Part shown: positions 1 to 8,955 of the stretch, one piece after another
Numbering within the stretch: position 1 is the stretch's first letter
How the letters are laid out: every line of letters starts with the position of its first letter
Assembly: GCA_963798575.1 (NCBI GenBank)
Contig: CAWCTL010000005.1
Coordinates: 1,392 to 41,391 of the forward strand
Direction of reading: 5' to 3'
Length of the DNA stretch: 40,000 bases
DNA from: an uncultured Alphaproteobacteria bacterium
GTDB lineage: Bacteria > Pseudomonadota > Alphaproteobacteria > Rhizobiales > Rhodomicrobiaceae
Notes under the pieces: model-generated
What the model saw: only the letters and a program-made list of their open reading frames with translations
The model's database searches: none
What the model was told of the DNA's origin: nothing
Program-made: the position numbers and the translations under genes

Positions 1-374
1 CTTTATCGCCGGTTCCCCAGCCGCAAGGCCCACCCTTTGCCTCTTGAGGCGGCCAGTCCCGGAAATAACGGCCAAACTGCTCCCGGTAACGGCTTCTTCT
101 CCGGCAAGCCGGATGCCAATCCCCCGGATCGGCATTGCAGCAATCAAAGAAGCGCGTGTGCCGCCAACGCATGCGGCTGCCGTTCCTCCTAAATCCCCAT
201 AGGTCACGGACGCTGCCCGCGGTTTCGTTCTTCGAGGGCTTTCAGACGCCGGCCGGGCAGGAGAAGACCCGCGCGCGTTCATCGGCCGCCATCTGAAACC
301 CATTACGAAAGCGGAAAGGCTTGACATGAGTAAATGTTGGCGGCTTATCCCTTATGAGCCGAAGTTCTGGCCGG

Positions 375-746
375 TTAAGCATCGGCCAGAAGCACCCCTG
401 TGACACAAACATCCCCATCGTCGATCACAAGCTTGATCGGTGTGAGGTGCTGCCCCTGGCAAGGGCCGATAAAGCATTTTCCCGTGTCGAGATCGAATAG
501 CGCGTTATGATTGCCGCAGGCGATGAAATTGCCTTCTTCATCCATGAACTGGCCGGGCGTCGTGTCGAGACGCGAATGTTCGTGGGGGCACCTGTTTTCA
601 AAGCCGTAGAAATTATTGCCCTTGCGGGTGATAAGAATGGGCCAAGGGCCTGCCTCCCCGCTCTCGTCGGCCCGCATCAGAACAAAACCGGTCGCAATCC
701 CGTCCTCGATTTGGTTTGTTGCACATATGACAAACAGCTCGTCCAT
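375..746 (-). CDS. Rieske [2Fe-2S] domain protein
   Basis: ORF 375..830. Motifs CPHEHSRLD and CGNHNALFD match the Rieske CxH...CxxH ligands. Start trimmed to the ATG at 746 (GGAG 6 nt upstream); ATGs at 758 and 830 are alternatives. Confidence 0.8.
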   Translation of the reverse strand: MDELFVICATNQIEDGIATGFVLMRADESGEAGPWPILITRKGNNFYGFENRCPHEHSRLDTTPGQFMDEEGNFIACGNHNALFDLDTGKCFIGPCQGQHLTPIKLVIDDGDVCVTGVLLADA

Positions 747-1053
747 GACTTGCTCCATTTTCGGACAGTCCGCTGCAAATCCGGTTGCAAGCCGGCGGAT
801 GCGGCCTTCACTACGCAAGGGGCGGGCCAAATTAGGCGCCGGCCAGCCGCGTCTAGCGCGGCAAGGCGATCCGATGGGTGGCGCGGTTGCGCAAGACCGG
901 AAGCGCGGCGCCGTCCAGGATCGGCGGCTAACCGCCGTCGCGCAATCGCCAGATGGTAAGCAAACAAACCTGATCCTCTATGCCGGTTGCCGAGATGATC
1001 CCTTTACTAAATGAAATTGAAACCGCCCCCTCATTTTGATGGGTCGGTTCGTC

Positions 1054-1081
1054 CTCGAAAGCGGACAGGTCCGTTTTCGAG
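1054..1081 (-). terminator. Palindromic hairpin downstream of the SDR gene
   Basis: CTCGAAAGCGGAC..GTCCGTTTTCGAG is a near-perfect inverted repeat about 60 nt after the stop at 1143. There is no clear U-tract, so terminator function is uncertain. Confidence 0.3.
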
Positions 1082-1142
1082 CTCAACTTCCGATTTCGGC
1101 CTTCTCCGGGCCTACGGTTTTATCCGCAGCGGGTACCAAGCG

Positions 1143-2057
1143 TCAGATTTTGACCGCTAGCGGCTCAGCGTCTGCCGCCACGCCGCCCGACGCCGGATGT
1201 TCCACTACCGCGCGCAGCCCTTCGCGGTAGGTGGGGTACTTGAGCACGATACCAAGCTCGCGCTTGATCTTATCGTTTCGCATCCGCTTATTGCCCGCAT
1301 AGAAGCTCCGTGCCATGGGCGAAAGCGCAGCACTTTCAAACGGGATCTCCGGTGGCGGCGGCGTGCCAATCAACTCCGCTGCATAGAGGATCACATCTTG
1401 CGGGGGCGCCGGCTCGTCATCGGCGACGTTGAAAACCCGCGTGCCGGGTTCCTGGCGTTCCTGGAAAATCGCCGCCGCCACGGTCCGCGCGATGTCGTCC
1501 ACATGGATGCGGTTGAAGACCTGGCCGGGCTTGACGATCCGGCGCGCTTCGCCCAGGCGGATGCGGTCGAGCGGACTGCGCCCCGGCCCGTAAATTCCGG
1601 CAAGGCGGAAGATATCGAGGGGCAGTCCGCGCTCGCGGCAAAATTCGGTCCATGCCGCCTCCGCCTTGAGGCGCGCAAAGCCGCGTTCCGTGTCCGGTTC
1701 GGAGGGTGTGTCCTCGACAACCCACGCGCCCTGAAAATCGCCGTAAACGCCGATGGTGGAGAGGTAGCCGATCCAATGCAGGCGCGCCGCTGCGTGCAAC
1801 GCTTGCGCGTAGGTGGCCAGAACCGGGTCGGCCGCCTCGCCCGGAGGCGCCGAAACGAGGCAGTGCGTCGCATTTGCCAAAGCGCGCGCGATGCCGTCCG
1901 CGTCGCTGAAGAGGACCGGCGTCAAGCCTTGGGCCTTCAGCGCCTCGAATTTCGCCGCGGAGCGGGCGGTTCCCAGAACCTGCCACCTCTTCTGTTCGAG
2001 CAACGCGCCGATGGCGGATGCCGAATAACCGAGGCCGAAAACGAAAAGATTGTTCAT
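1143..2057 (-). CDS. NAD(P)-binding SDR / epimerase-dehydratase family protein
   Basis: ORF 1143..2165 trimmed to the ATG at 2057, giving MNNLFVFGLGYSASAIG (Rossmann-type N-terminus). ATGA overlap with the queG stop (2054-2057) suggests translational coupling. Confidence 0.8.
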   Translation of the reverse strand: MNNLFVFGLGYSASAIGALLEQKRWQVLGTARSAAKFEALKAQGLTPVLFSDADGIARALANATHCLVSAPPGEAADPVLATYAQALHAAARLHWIGYLSTIGVYGDFQGAWVVEDTPSEPDTERGFARLKAEAAWTEFCRERGLPLDIFRLAGIYGPGRSPLDRIRLGEARRIVKPGQVFNRIHVDDIARTVAAAIFQERQEPGTRVFNVADDEPAPPQDVILYAAELIGTPPPPEIPFESAALSPMARSFYAGNKRMRNDKIKRELGIVLKYPTYREGLRAVVEHPASGGVAADAEPLAVKI

Positions 2058-3031
2058 AGGTCGCAATCCCATTCGGCAAGTACTCCGGCCTCGCGTTCTT
2101 CCGGGTAATGCTTGGCTTTCAGCGCCGCAACGAATTCCGCCGGGCCAAGCTTTCGTGTGGCCCAAACCGCCATGCCGCGAACAAGCGGCGACGCATCGCC
2201 TAAAAGCGCCAGCACGCCATCGAGGAACGCAGCATCGCCGGAATTGCCGGCCGCAACCAAGGCGTTGCGGACGAAGCGGTCCCGGCCTGTGCGCTTGATG
2301 GGACTGCCCCGGAAGCGCGCCCTGAAGCCAGCATCATCGAGCGTGAGCAGATCGGAGACCGGCGGATTGTCCGCGCCTGCCAAGGGCGCAAACCGCGCCT
2401 CGCGCGCCTCTCGTGCAAATTTGTTCCAGGGGCAGACCGCAAGGCAATCGTCGCAGCCATAGATTCGGTTGCCAATTGGCTCGCGGAATTCGAGCGGTAT
2501 CTGCCCCTTATGCTCTATGGTCAGATACGAGATGCAGCGGCGCGCATCGAGCCGGTACGGCGCCGGGAATGCCCGCGTGGGGCAGATATCGATGCAAGCG
2601 CGGCAGGTGCCGCAACGGTCCCCTTCCGGCGCATCCGGCTTCAAAAGGGCAGTGGTGAAAATCGCACCCAGGAAGAGCCAGGAGCCGAATTGCCGGGAGA
2701 CAAGGTTGGTGTGTTTGCCCTGCCAGCCGATCCCTGCCGCCTGTGCGAGCGGTTTCTCCATGATGGGCGCGGTGTCCACGAACACCTTTACGTCCGCGCC
2801 GCTGAAAGCCGAGAAATCGCGGGCGACGGCCTTGAGCTTGCTTTTGATGACATCGTGGTAATCTAGCCCTTGAGCGTAGACCGAGATCACAGCGCGGCGG
2901 CGCTCACTTAGTGCGGCCAGCGGGTCTTTCTTAGGGCCGTAGGTCATGCCGAGCATGACGACCGAGCGGACTTCAGGCCATAGCACGGCCGGATCGGCGC
3001 GCCGGTCCGCCTTGTCCACAAGCCATTCCAT
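2054..3031 (-). CDS. queG: tRNA epoxyqueuosine(34) reductase QueG
   Basis: Two ferredoxin-type clusters (CGTCRACIDICP, CDDCLAVCPWNKF) plus CISYLTIEHKG, typical of QueG. QueG-like sequence (LEQWIKRRALSEGFDAAGIA...GEMEWL) continues in frame upstream of the first ATG to about 3160, with no ATG/GTG/TTG there. The end coordinate is therefore a minimum. Confidence 0.85.
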   Translation of the reverse strand: MEWLVDKADRRADPAVLWPEVRSVVMLGMTYGPKKDPLAALSERRRAVISVYAQGLDYHDVIKSKLKAVARDFSAFSGADVKVFVDTAPIMEKPLAQAAGIGWQGKHTNLVSRQFGSWLFLGAIFTTALLKPDAPEGDRCGTCRACIDICPTRAFPAPYRLDARRCISYLTIEHKGQIPLEFREPIGNRIYGCDDCLAVCPWNKFAREAREARFAPLAGADNPPVSDLLTLDDAGFRARFRGSPIKRTGRDRFVRNALVAAGNSGDAAFLDGVLALLGDASPLVRGMAVWATRKLGPAEFVAALKAKHYPEEREAGVLAEWDCDL

Positions 3032-3185
3032 TTCGCCATTGAAACCGGCTTCGAGAAAGGCGTGGAGCGCAGCACCCGCCTCAATGACGGCCCCCGGCGC
3101 GGCTATCCCCGCCGCATCAAAGCCTTCGCTTAGAGCGCGCCGCTTGATCCATTGCTCAAGCCCCTGTCCTGACTTTGCTGAATCA

Positions 3186-3335
3186 CGACAAAGTGCCCAC
3201 TCACTCTGTCTCTCTCCCCGAGGGGACAGAGAACGCCTATAGTCCCCCTCCTCCTGCGGCGAGGGCCGCAGCTTCTTTTCCCCCTGGGGAGAGGGTGGGC
3301 TTGAGGGGGTCTTGGCTGCGCGGATCTATCGGCAT
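3186..3335. repeat. GC-rich palindromic intergenic repeat-like element
   Basis: Lies between queG and the GST gene. Contains stem-loops CTGCGGC-GAGG-GCCGCAG, an imperfect TCTCTCCCC-GAG-GGGACAGAGA, and CCCCCTGGGGAGAGGGTGGGCTTGAGGGGG. From memory this resembles REP/RIME-type intergenic elements of alphaproteobacteria; copy number cannot be assessed in one window. Confidence 0.35.
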
Positions 3336-3380
3336 CTCCGCACACATAGGAATACCTTCCGCCCTCTTTCAGGCCCCGCT

Positions 3381-4067
3381 TCAGAAATCGAGATTTGCAT
3401 AGCTGTCCGGTGGGTTGATTCCAGGCACCCTATCGTTCAGCAGCGGCCGGAAGGAGGGCCGGGATTTGAGCCGCGCATACCACGCCTTGGCCTCCGGGAA
3501 TTCGGACCACGGAATTTCGCCCAGATAATCCATCGACGAAAGCTGGGCTGCCGCCGCGAGGTCTGCGAAGCTTGGATGATCGCCGCCGAGCCATTTGCGG
3601 TGCTCGCTCAAGAAACTAATATAAGACAAATGATAGCGCAGATTCCCGCGCCCGGCCCTGATTGCATTGAGGTCGGGCGCGCCGCGGCGCGATAGCGGCT
3701 TGTAAAGCTTTTCCTCAAGCAGATATTGGCTCACTTCCGCATCGAATTTGCGCAAGAACCATTCTGCCACCCGGCGCGCCTCCGCCCGCTCGATGGGGCT
3801 TCCCGGCCAGAAGCCCGACCGGGCCGGCACGGGGCCTTCGCGCGCAGCCGATTCAGACAGATACTCGATGACCGGATAAGTCCCGCAGATCGCCTTGCCC
3901 TCGAAAGCGAGAACGGGCAGCGTGCCTGCAGGGTTCAGATTCAGGAATTCGCGGCTTGCCTCCCAGGGCCTGACCTCCGAGAGCGCCGCCTCGATTCCCG
4001 CTTCGTTGAGCGCAAGCCGGATGGCGCGCGAGGCGGGACAAAGCGGGTAGTGCAAAAGGGTCCACAT
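3381..4067 (-). CDS. Glutathione S-transferase family protein
   Basis: 228 aa. N-terminal thioredoxin-like GST domain (LLHYPLCPASRAIRLALNEAGI...NPAGTLPVL) followed by a helical C-terminal domain. Confidence 0.8.
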   Translation of the reverse strand: MWTLLHYPLCPASRAIRLALNEAGIEAALSEVRPWEASREFLNLNPAGTLPVLAFEGKAICGTYPVIEYLSESAAREGPVPARSGFWPGSPIERAEARRVAEWFLRKFDAEVSQYLLEEKLYKPLSRRGAPDLNAIRAGRGNLRYHLSYISFLSEHRKWLGGDHPSFADLAAAAQLSSMDYLGEIPWSEFPEAKAWYARLKSRPSFRPLLNDRVPGINPPDSYANLDF

Positions 4068-4097
4068 CGCGCCGAACTTAGCACCGGATTGCCTGGA

Positions 4098-5081
4098 TTA
4101 TAAGGCGGTCACGCTGCCCGTCGAGAATTCGCCGTTCGGCCGGTAGCGCTGCAGATAGGATGGAACGATCAGCTCCACGCTGCGAGGCTCCGTAATCCCA
4201 AGGCCCTCAAGCGTGTGATGAGCGCGAGTTGCCTCCTCGCTTACCACATTATCGCGCTCAAGCAGCCGGATCTGGTCTACCGTGATTGGCGCAAAGGGAA
4301 GGAACTGGACGAAGAAGGCCGGGATTTTCGCAATCCAAAACGGGATCGGGAACAGGGGGCGCGGGTGCTGAGTCCACTCGCACACTTGCTTCAGAAGCTG
4401 CCGGAACGTGTAAATGACTGGGCCGCCGAGTTCGTACGCAGCACCTTCGGTAGCCCTGCCCGCAAGCGCTGCCTTGATCGCTTCAGCCACGTCTCCCGCA
4501 TACACCGGCTGCATGCGCGTCTTGCCGCCAATCAAAGGCATGATTGGAGCGATGCGCGACACCCAGCCGAAGCGGTTGAAGAAATTGTCCTCCGGCCCGA
4601 AAACCAGCGACGGGCGCACAATCACCGCCTCGGGAAATGCGGCAAGCACCCGCGCCTCGCCTTCGCCCTTGGTTCGCGCATAAAGCGAAGGTGAGAGCCG
4701 GTCTGCGCCAATGGCCGAAACATGCGCCAGGGCTCTCGCGCCGTGAACGTGAGCCGCTTTCGCGATCCTCTCCGCTCCGTCCGCGTGGACGGCCCGGAAC
4801 TTTTGCCGTCCCGATTGCGCCAGAATGCCAACCAGATTGACGACGGCGTCCGCGCCGCGCAGCGCGTCCATCACAGATTGCTCGTCGCGGATATTGGCCT
4901 GAATCAGTGCAATCTGCCCGGCGCTGCCCAGCGGTTGCAAATGCAGCGCGAGGTCCGGGCGGCGCACCGCGACCTTGATGCGGCACCCCGTCTTAGCCAG
5001 CGCCTGCACCACATAGCGGCCTAGAAAGCCCGAGCCGCCGAAAATTGTGACAACGGACGTACTTCCCAATGTGATTGCCAT
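4098..5081 (-). CDS. NAD(P)H-binding NDUFA9-like (complex I 39-kDa subunit family) SDR
   Basis: ORF 4098..5174 trimmed to the ATG at 5081 (MAITLGSTSVVTIFGGSGFLGRYVV, a GxxGxxG Rossmann motif). Length and C-terminal region fit the atypical-SDR NDUFA9 family. Confidence 0.75.
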   Translation of the reverse strand: MAITLGSTSVVTIFGGSGFLGRYVVQALAKTGCRIKVAVRRPDLALHLQPLGSAGQIALIQANIRDEQSVMDALRGADAVVNLVGILAQSGRQKFRAVHADGAERIAKAAHVHGARALAHVSAIGADRLSPSLYARTKGEGEARVLAAFPEAVIVRPSLVFGPEDNFFNRFGWVSRIAPIMPLIGGKTRMQPVYAGDVAEAIKAALAGRATEGAAYELGGPVIYTFRQLLKQVCEWTQHPRPLFPIPFWIAKIPAFFVQFLPFAPITVDQIRLLERDNVVSEEATRAHHTLEGLGITEPRSVELIVPSYLQRYRPNGEFSTGSVTAL

Positions 5082-5321
5082 AGCGGACCCGTCTCTTTGA
5101 AGCGCTTGCGCGAGGATGCGATGCTGAAGGCATAACGTGCCTTTGCGCGAATGGAAAGCCGTGGCATGGCCCAAAGGGAAAATTTGCGGCGCCGGAGCGC
5201 CGGCGCGAGCGTGGAGTCCTCACTCGGGGCATGACCGGAGCTGTTCAAAGATCCTGACAGCACCACCAACTCACGGAAAACTAGAAGAACCTACGATCCC
5301 GGTCAAACGGCTGGACTCAAG

Positions 5322-8300
5322 ATGTCTAATTTGCTAGCTGCCAAGCGAGTAACCCGCACAGATGTTGTCAGGTATTTGGCCGTGAAGTTCATCTCCCCGA
5401 GCAGCTTTTGGACGCCAGATTATGTTGTGGAATCTGCATGGTTCGAACACGCACCCTTCGCATTTTGGCTCATAGAAGCCGGGCGGCCGCGGGTGGTTGT
5501 TGAGCTTGGCGCTCATCGCGGATTTTCTTACTGCTGCTTCTGCCAAGCGATCGAGCGCCTTGGCCTGAATGCAAAGGCCTATGCGATCGGTAGCTGGGAA
5601 GGCGACGGCCACGCCGATTTCTATGGAGAGGATATATTTCAGGAGTTGAGCGCTCATCACGAGCGCTATGCGTCCTTCTCCAGGCTTGTGCGCTCGACTT
5701 TCGGCGAGGCCCTGCTGCATTTGGAAGACGGCTCGGTGGATTTGCTCCACATCGACGGCCTGCATTCCGGCGAAGACATCAAGCAACAGTTCGAAAGCTG
5801 GCAGCCCAAGCTTTCCAGCCGCGGCGTGGTTCTGTTGCACGGCACTCATGATAGACAGGGAGGCGCCTCCCAACTCTGGTCCCGGATTAAGCGCGAATAC
5901 CCTAGCTTCGAGTTCCTTCACGGCCACGGGTTAGGCGTTATTGGCGCTGGGCCTGAGCAATCGGATGAATTGCTAGAATTCTTTGCATTATCCAGTGACG
6001 GCGCCTCTGCGCGTACAGTCCGGGACGCTTACGCGCGGCTTGGCGATCATGTGACGGCGCTGCATTCCAATGAGGCGCTGGCTGAAATGGCTGAAGACGA
6101 ACGCCAGCAGCTCCTGCTGGAGCGCAGCGGCCGGGAGCAGCAGCGCGCTTCCGAAAATTCCAGCCGTAAAGATGAAACCTCTGACCACCATGCTCGCCTT
6201 GAAGCCGCATACGCAGAGCTTCGGCTCGCACGCCGCCGGCCTTTAACGAACCTGCGCCGCTATATGAGATGGAAAACGGCCCGATATATTCTGAAGTTGA
6301 ACTGGGTTCTGCCAAGATCGGCAATCAAATGGGCAAGCAGACGCTTAGAAAAAAATCTACCGGATCGCCGAGATGCAGATAGTCGCACAGGAGAGACTCC
6401 GCGTACGAAAAAAAACTGGCCGTTTATAATCAAGGCGCTCGATACACTTGCCCGTCAGAAGTGGCTGTTTTCAGAGCGCCGAATTTATAAATTCGAGAAA
6501 TCTCTTGAAAAAAGAAGGCAGCTTTTAGCTGCTGCGCAACCAACGCCGGGGCAAAGCGGTGTTTTTGGTCAAACACCTGTACCGGATGCGCTTTCGGAAA
6601 AACTATTTCAGCCGCTTTTCAGCGCTGCAACTGACAAAGGCGTAGAATACTTACCATACTCGAAAAACCAAAAAGTGAAGAGCAGAATAAAAGCAATTGC
6701 TTTTTACCTTCCTCAATTTCATCCCATCCCTGAAAATGATGAATGGTGGGGTGAAGGTTTTACAGAGTGGACAAATGTATCTAAGGCTGTACCGCAGTTT
6801 AGAGGGCATTATCAACCCAGGCTTCCTGACGCCTTAGGTTATTATGATTTGCGATTGCCAATTATTATGGAGTCGCAGGTTGCTTTAGCGAAAAACTATG
6901 GCATATACGGTTTCTGTTTCTATCATTACTGGTTCTCTGGCGGGAAGAGGCTGCTGGATTTGCCATTAAACGACTATATAAACAATAAGAACATCAACTT
7001 CCCCTTCTGTATTTGCTGGGCCAACGAAAACTGGACTCGAAGATGGGACGGGAATGAACAAGACATTTTGATTGAGCAAAAATATACTATTCATGATGAC
7101 CTGCAGTTTATAGAGGATTTAGCTGCTTATTTGACGGATAGCAGGTATATAAGAGTTAACGGACGCCCGCTCATTATAGTGTACAGGGTTAATCTTCTCC
7201 ATGACCCAAAACGTACAGTCGAAACCTGGAGAAGTTACTGTAAGGAAAAAGGAATTGGCGATCCATACCTCGTAGCCGCTCAGTCATTTGATATTTTGGA
7301 CCCTCGGCCCTACGGATTTGATGCCGCCGTTGAGTTTCCACCTCACGGATGCGGTGCAACAATGCCGCAAGTTCAGCAACTAGATCTTATTAATACTGAC
7401 TTTGACGGTATCGTCTATGATTATGCAGATACCACCAAGTTATGGCAGACAGCGTCTATCCGGCCGGACTACACGCTGTTCAAGACCGTCATGCCATCCT
7501 GGGATAACCAGGCCCGGCGCCCTGGAGGCGGTCACGCGTTTTTTGGGTCGTCACCCTTTTTATATCGCTGGTGGTTGCGCAACGCCTGCGAAATTACCGA
7601 TAACTACCAAAGCGATAGCGAGAAATTCATTTTTATCAACGCTTGGAATGAATGGGCTGAGGGAGCTTACCTAGAACCGGACCGGCGCTTTGGATATGCT
7701 TATCTCGAAGCCACCAAAGCAGCCACTTCTGAGTTCTCAGGAGGAAGCTTAACGCCTGTTAAGTTACCGAAAGCGAGTTGCCCGGGTACTGCAGTTATTT
7801 GCCATCTGTATCATCAGGACCGCTGGCCAGAGATATTGACCTACCTACACAAGTTTCCACACGAGTTCGATCTTTATATCACGATAACAGCTGACTTAGA
7901 AAATACGGTCGCGCACTCCATTTCTATGAATTTCGATAATGCAAAGATCATAAGGCTTCCAAACAGGGGCAGAGATATTGGGCCATTTCTTGAAGTTTTG
8001 CGGGGAATCCGCCAGTTACCTTACCGTAGCATATGCAAAATACATTCAAAAAAATCTCCGCACCGCATCGATGGCGACAAATGGTTTTTCGGCTTAATGA
8101 ACGAGTTGTTGGGGTCAAGAGATGCTATTCGCGCCATCACTTCGGAGTTCGCGAACAATCCAAGGCTAGGAATGGTAGGACCGGCACAGCATTTACTTAG
8201 ATTTACTGCGTTTACCACCGGCATGGAACGCTATGAAACGGTTTTTGAAAAGCGATATGGTTTGAATTGCCGCAAGGCAGATAGTAACTTTTTTGCGGGA

Positions 8301-8549
8301 TCGATGTTTTGGTTCCGTCCTGAGGCTCTAGTTCAGCTGGCAACCGATTTCTATCAGGCAGACTTTGAAAGGGAGATGGGGCAGCTTGATCGAAGCCTAG
8401 CGCATTTCGTGGAGAGGGCGTTCCTACCTTTCTGTGAAATGGAGGGCTTCCAGGTTCTTACCAACGAACAGATTGAAGAGCGCACCAAAAGCGGGCGGGT
8501 GCTCGTCAAAAGCAGCGAATATGAATTCGCCAGATCACAAAAAAGATAA
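5322..8549 (+). CDS. Fused SAM-methyltransferase / WbsX-type glycosyltransferase / RgpF (rhamnan synthesis F) polysaccharide-biosynthesis protein
   Basis: 1075 aa. N-terminus is class I methyltransferase-like (VVELGAHRGFSYCCF...LLHIDGLH...VVLLHG). The middle is WbsX/GH99-like (AFYLPQFHPIPENDEWWGEGFTEWTNV...NAWNEWAEG). The C-terminus is RgpF-like (ICHLYHQDRWPEIL...NRGRDIGPFL...KIHSKKS). Confidence 0.8.
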   Translation: MSNLLAAKRVTRTDVVRYLAVKFISPSSFWTPDYVVESAWFEHAPFAFWLIEAGRPRVVVELGAHRGFSYCCFCQAIERLGLNAKAYAIGSWEGDGHADFYGEDIFQELSAHHERYASFSRLVRSTFGEALLHLEDGSVDLLHIDGLHSGEDIKQQFESWQPKLSSRGVVLLHGTHDRQGGASQLWSRIKREYPSFEFLHGHGLGVIGAGPEQSDELLEFFALSSDGASARTVRDAYARLGDHVTALHSNEALAEMAEDERQQLLLERSGREQQRASENSSRKDETSDHHARLEAAYAELRLARRRPLTNLRRYMRWKTARYILKLNWVLPRSAIKWASRRLEKNLPDRRDADSRTGETPRTKKNWPFIIKALDTLARQKWLFSERRIYKFEKSLEKRRQLLAAAQPTPGQSGVFGQTPVPDALSEKLFQPLFSAATDKGVEYLPYSKNQKVKSRIKAIAFYLPQFHPIPENDEWWGEGFTEWTNVSKAVPQFRGHYQPRLPDALGYYDLRLPIIMESQVALAKNYGIYGFCFYHYWFSGGKRLLDLPLNDYINNKNINFPFCICWANENWTRRWDGNEQDILIEQKYTIHDDLQFIEDLAAYLTDSRYIRVNGRPLIIVYRVNLLHDPKRTVETWRSYCKEKGIGDPYLVAAQSFDILDPRPYGFDAAVEFPPHGCGATMPQVQQLDLINTDFDGIVYDYADTTKLWQTASIRPDYTLFKTVMPSWDNQARRPGGGHAFFGSSPFLYRWWLRNACEITDNYQSDSEKFIFINAWNEWAEGAYLEPDRRFGYAYLEATKAATSEFSGGSLTPVKLPKASCPGTAVICHLYHQDRWPEILTYLHKFPHEFDLYITITADLENTVAHSISMNFDNAKIIRLPNRGRDIGPFLEVLRGIRQLPYRSICKIHSKKSPHRIDGDKWFFGLMNELLGSRDAIRAITSEFANNPRLGMVGPAQHLLRFTAFTTGMERYETVFEKRYGLNCRKADSNFFAGSMFWFRPEALVQLATDFYQADFEREMGQLDRSLAHFVERAFLPFCEMEGFQVLTNEQIEERTKSGRVLVKSSEYEFARSQKR

Positions 8550-8641
8550 GTAACTTACAGGACAGGGCTTTGGGTCCCCGGCCCGCTCGTCGCCCAGTGG
8601 GGGAAAATTGCTGCGCCGGAGCCCTTAGACGCGCACGTCAA

Positions 8642-8670
8642 TTGACAAAGACTGCCGCCGCCTTTACCTC
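8642..8670 (+). promoter_or_regulatory. Candidate promoter of tRNA-Leu
   Basis: TTGACA at 8642-8647, a 17-nt spacer, then TACCTC at 8665-8670, about 12 nt before the tRNA 5' end. The -10 element is weak. Confidence 0.3.
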
Positions 8671-8681
8671 TGATGACGCTT

Positions 8682-8766
<85 letters not shown>

Positions 8767-8955
8767 ATTATCTTTCCGATAACATCCGCTAACAGTCGCG
8801 AACAGCCGTAAGATGCATCACTAGCGTCTGATCTGGCTAGGCTTTTTCCGCAATTTTCAACCGTTGTCATGCGTTGACAACCGCCGCCAGCCGCGCCACT
8901 TTGCGGGTACATTTACCGGCGTATACCCGCAAAACTCATCATACCCGTACCCGCA

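Noticed and set aside
1-190. Window-edge partial ORFs: a plus-strand frame ending ...CAANACGCRSS at about 190, and a minus-strand frame starting MRWRHTRFFDCCNADPGDWHP at 172
   Set aside because: Both are open with similar codon-bias quality and no recognisable family. I cannot decide which, if either, is real from under 200 nt.
507-2108. Long plus-strand ORFs (507..959, 616..1014, 1197..2108 and others) overlapping the Rieske and SDR genes
   Set aside because: They are antisense to genes with clear family motifs. Their translations are Arg/Ala/Pro-rich and low in complexity, as expected for stop-poor frames in high-GC DNA.
3130-3345. 71-aa minus-strand ORF inside the queG-GST intergenic region
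   Set aside because: It lies within the palindromic repeat-like element, has a low-complexity Arg/Pro/Gly translation, and is out of frame with the queG homology.
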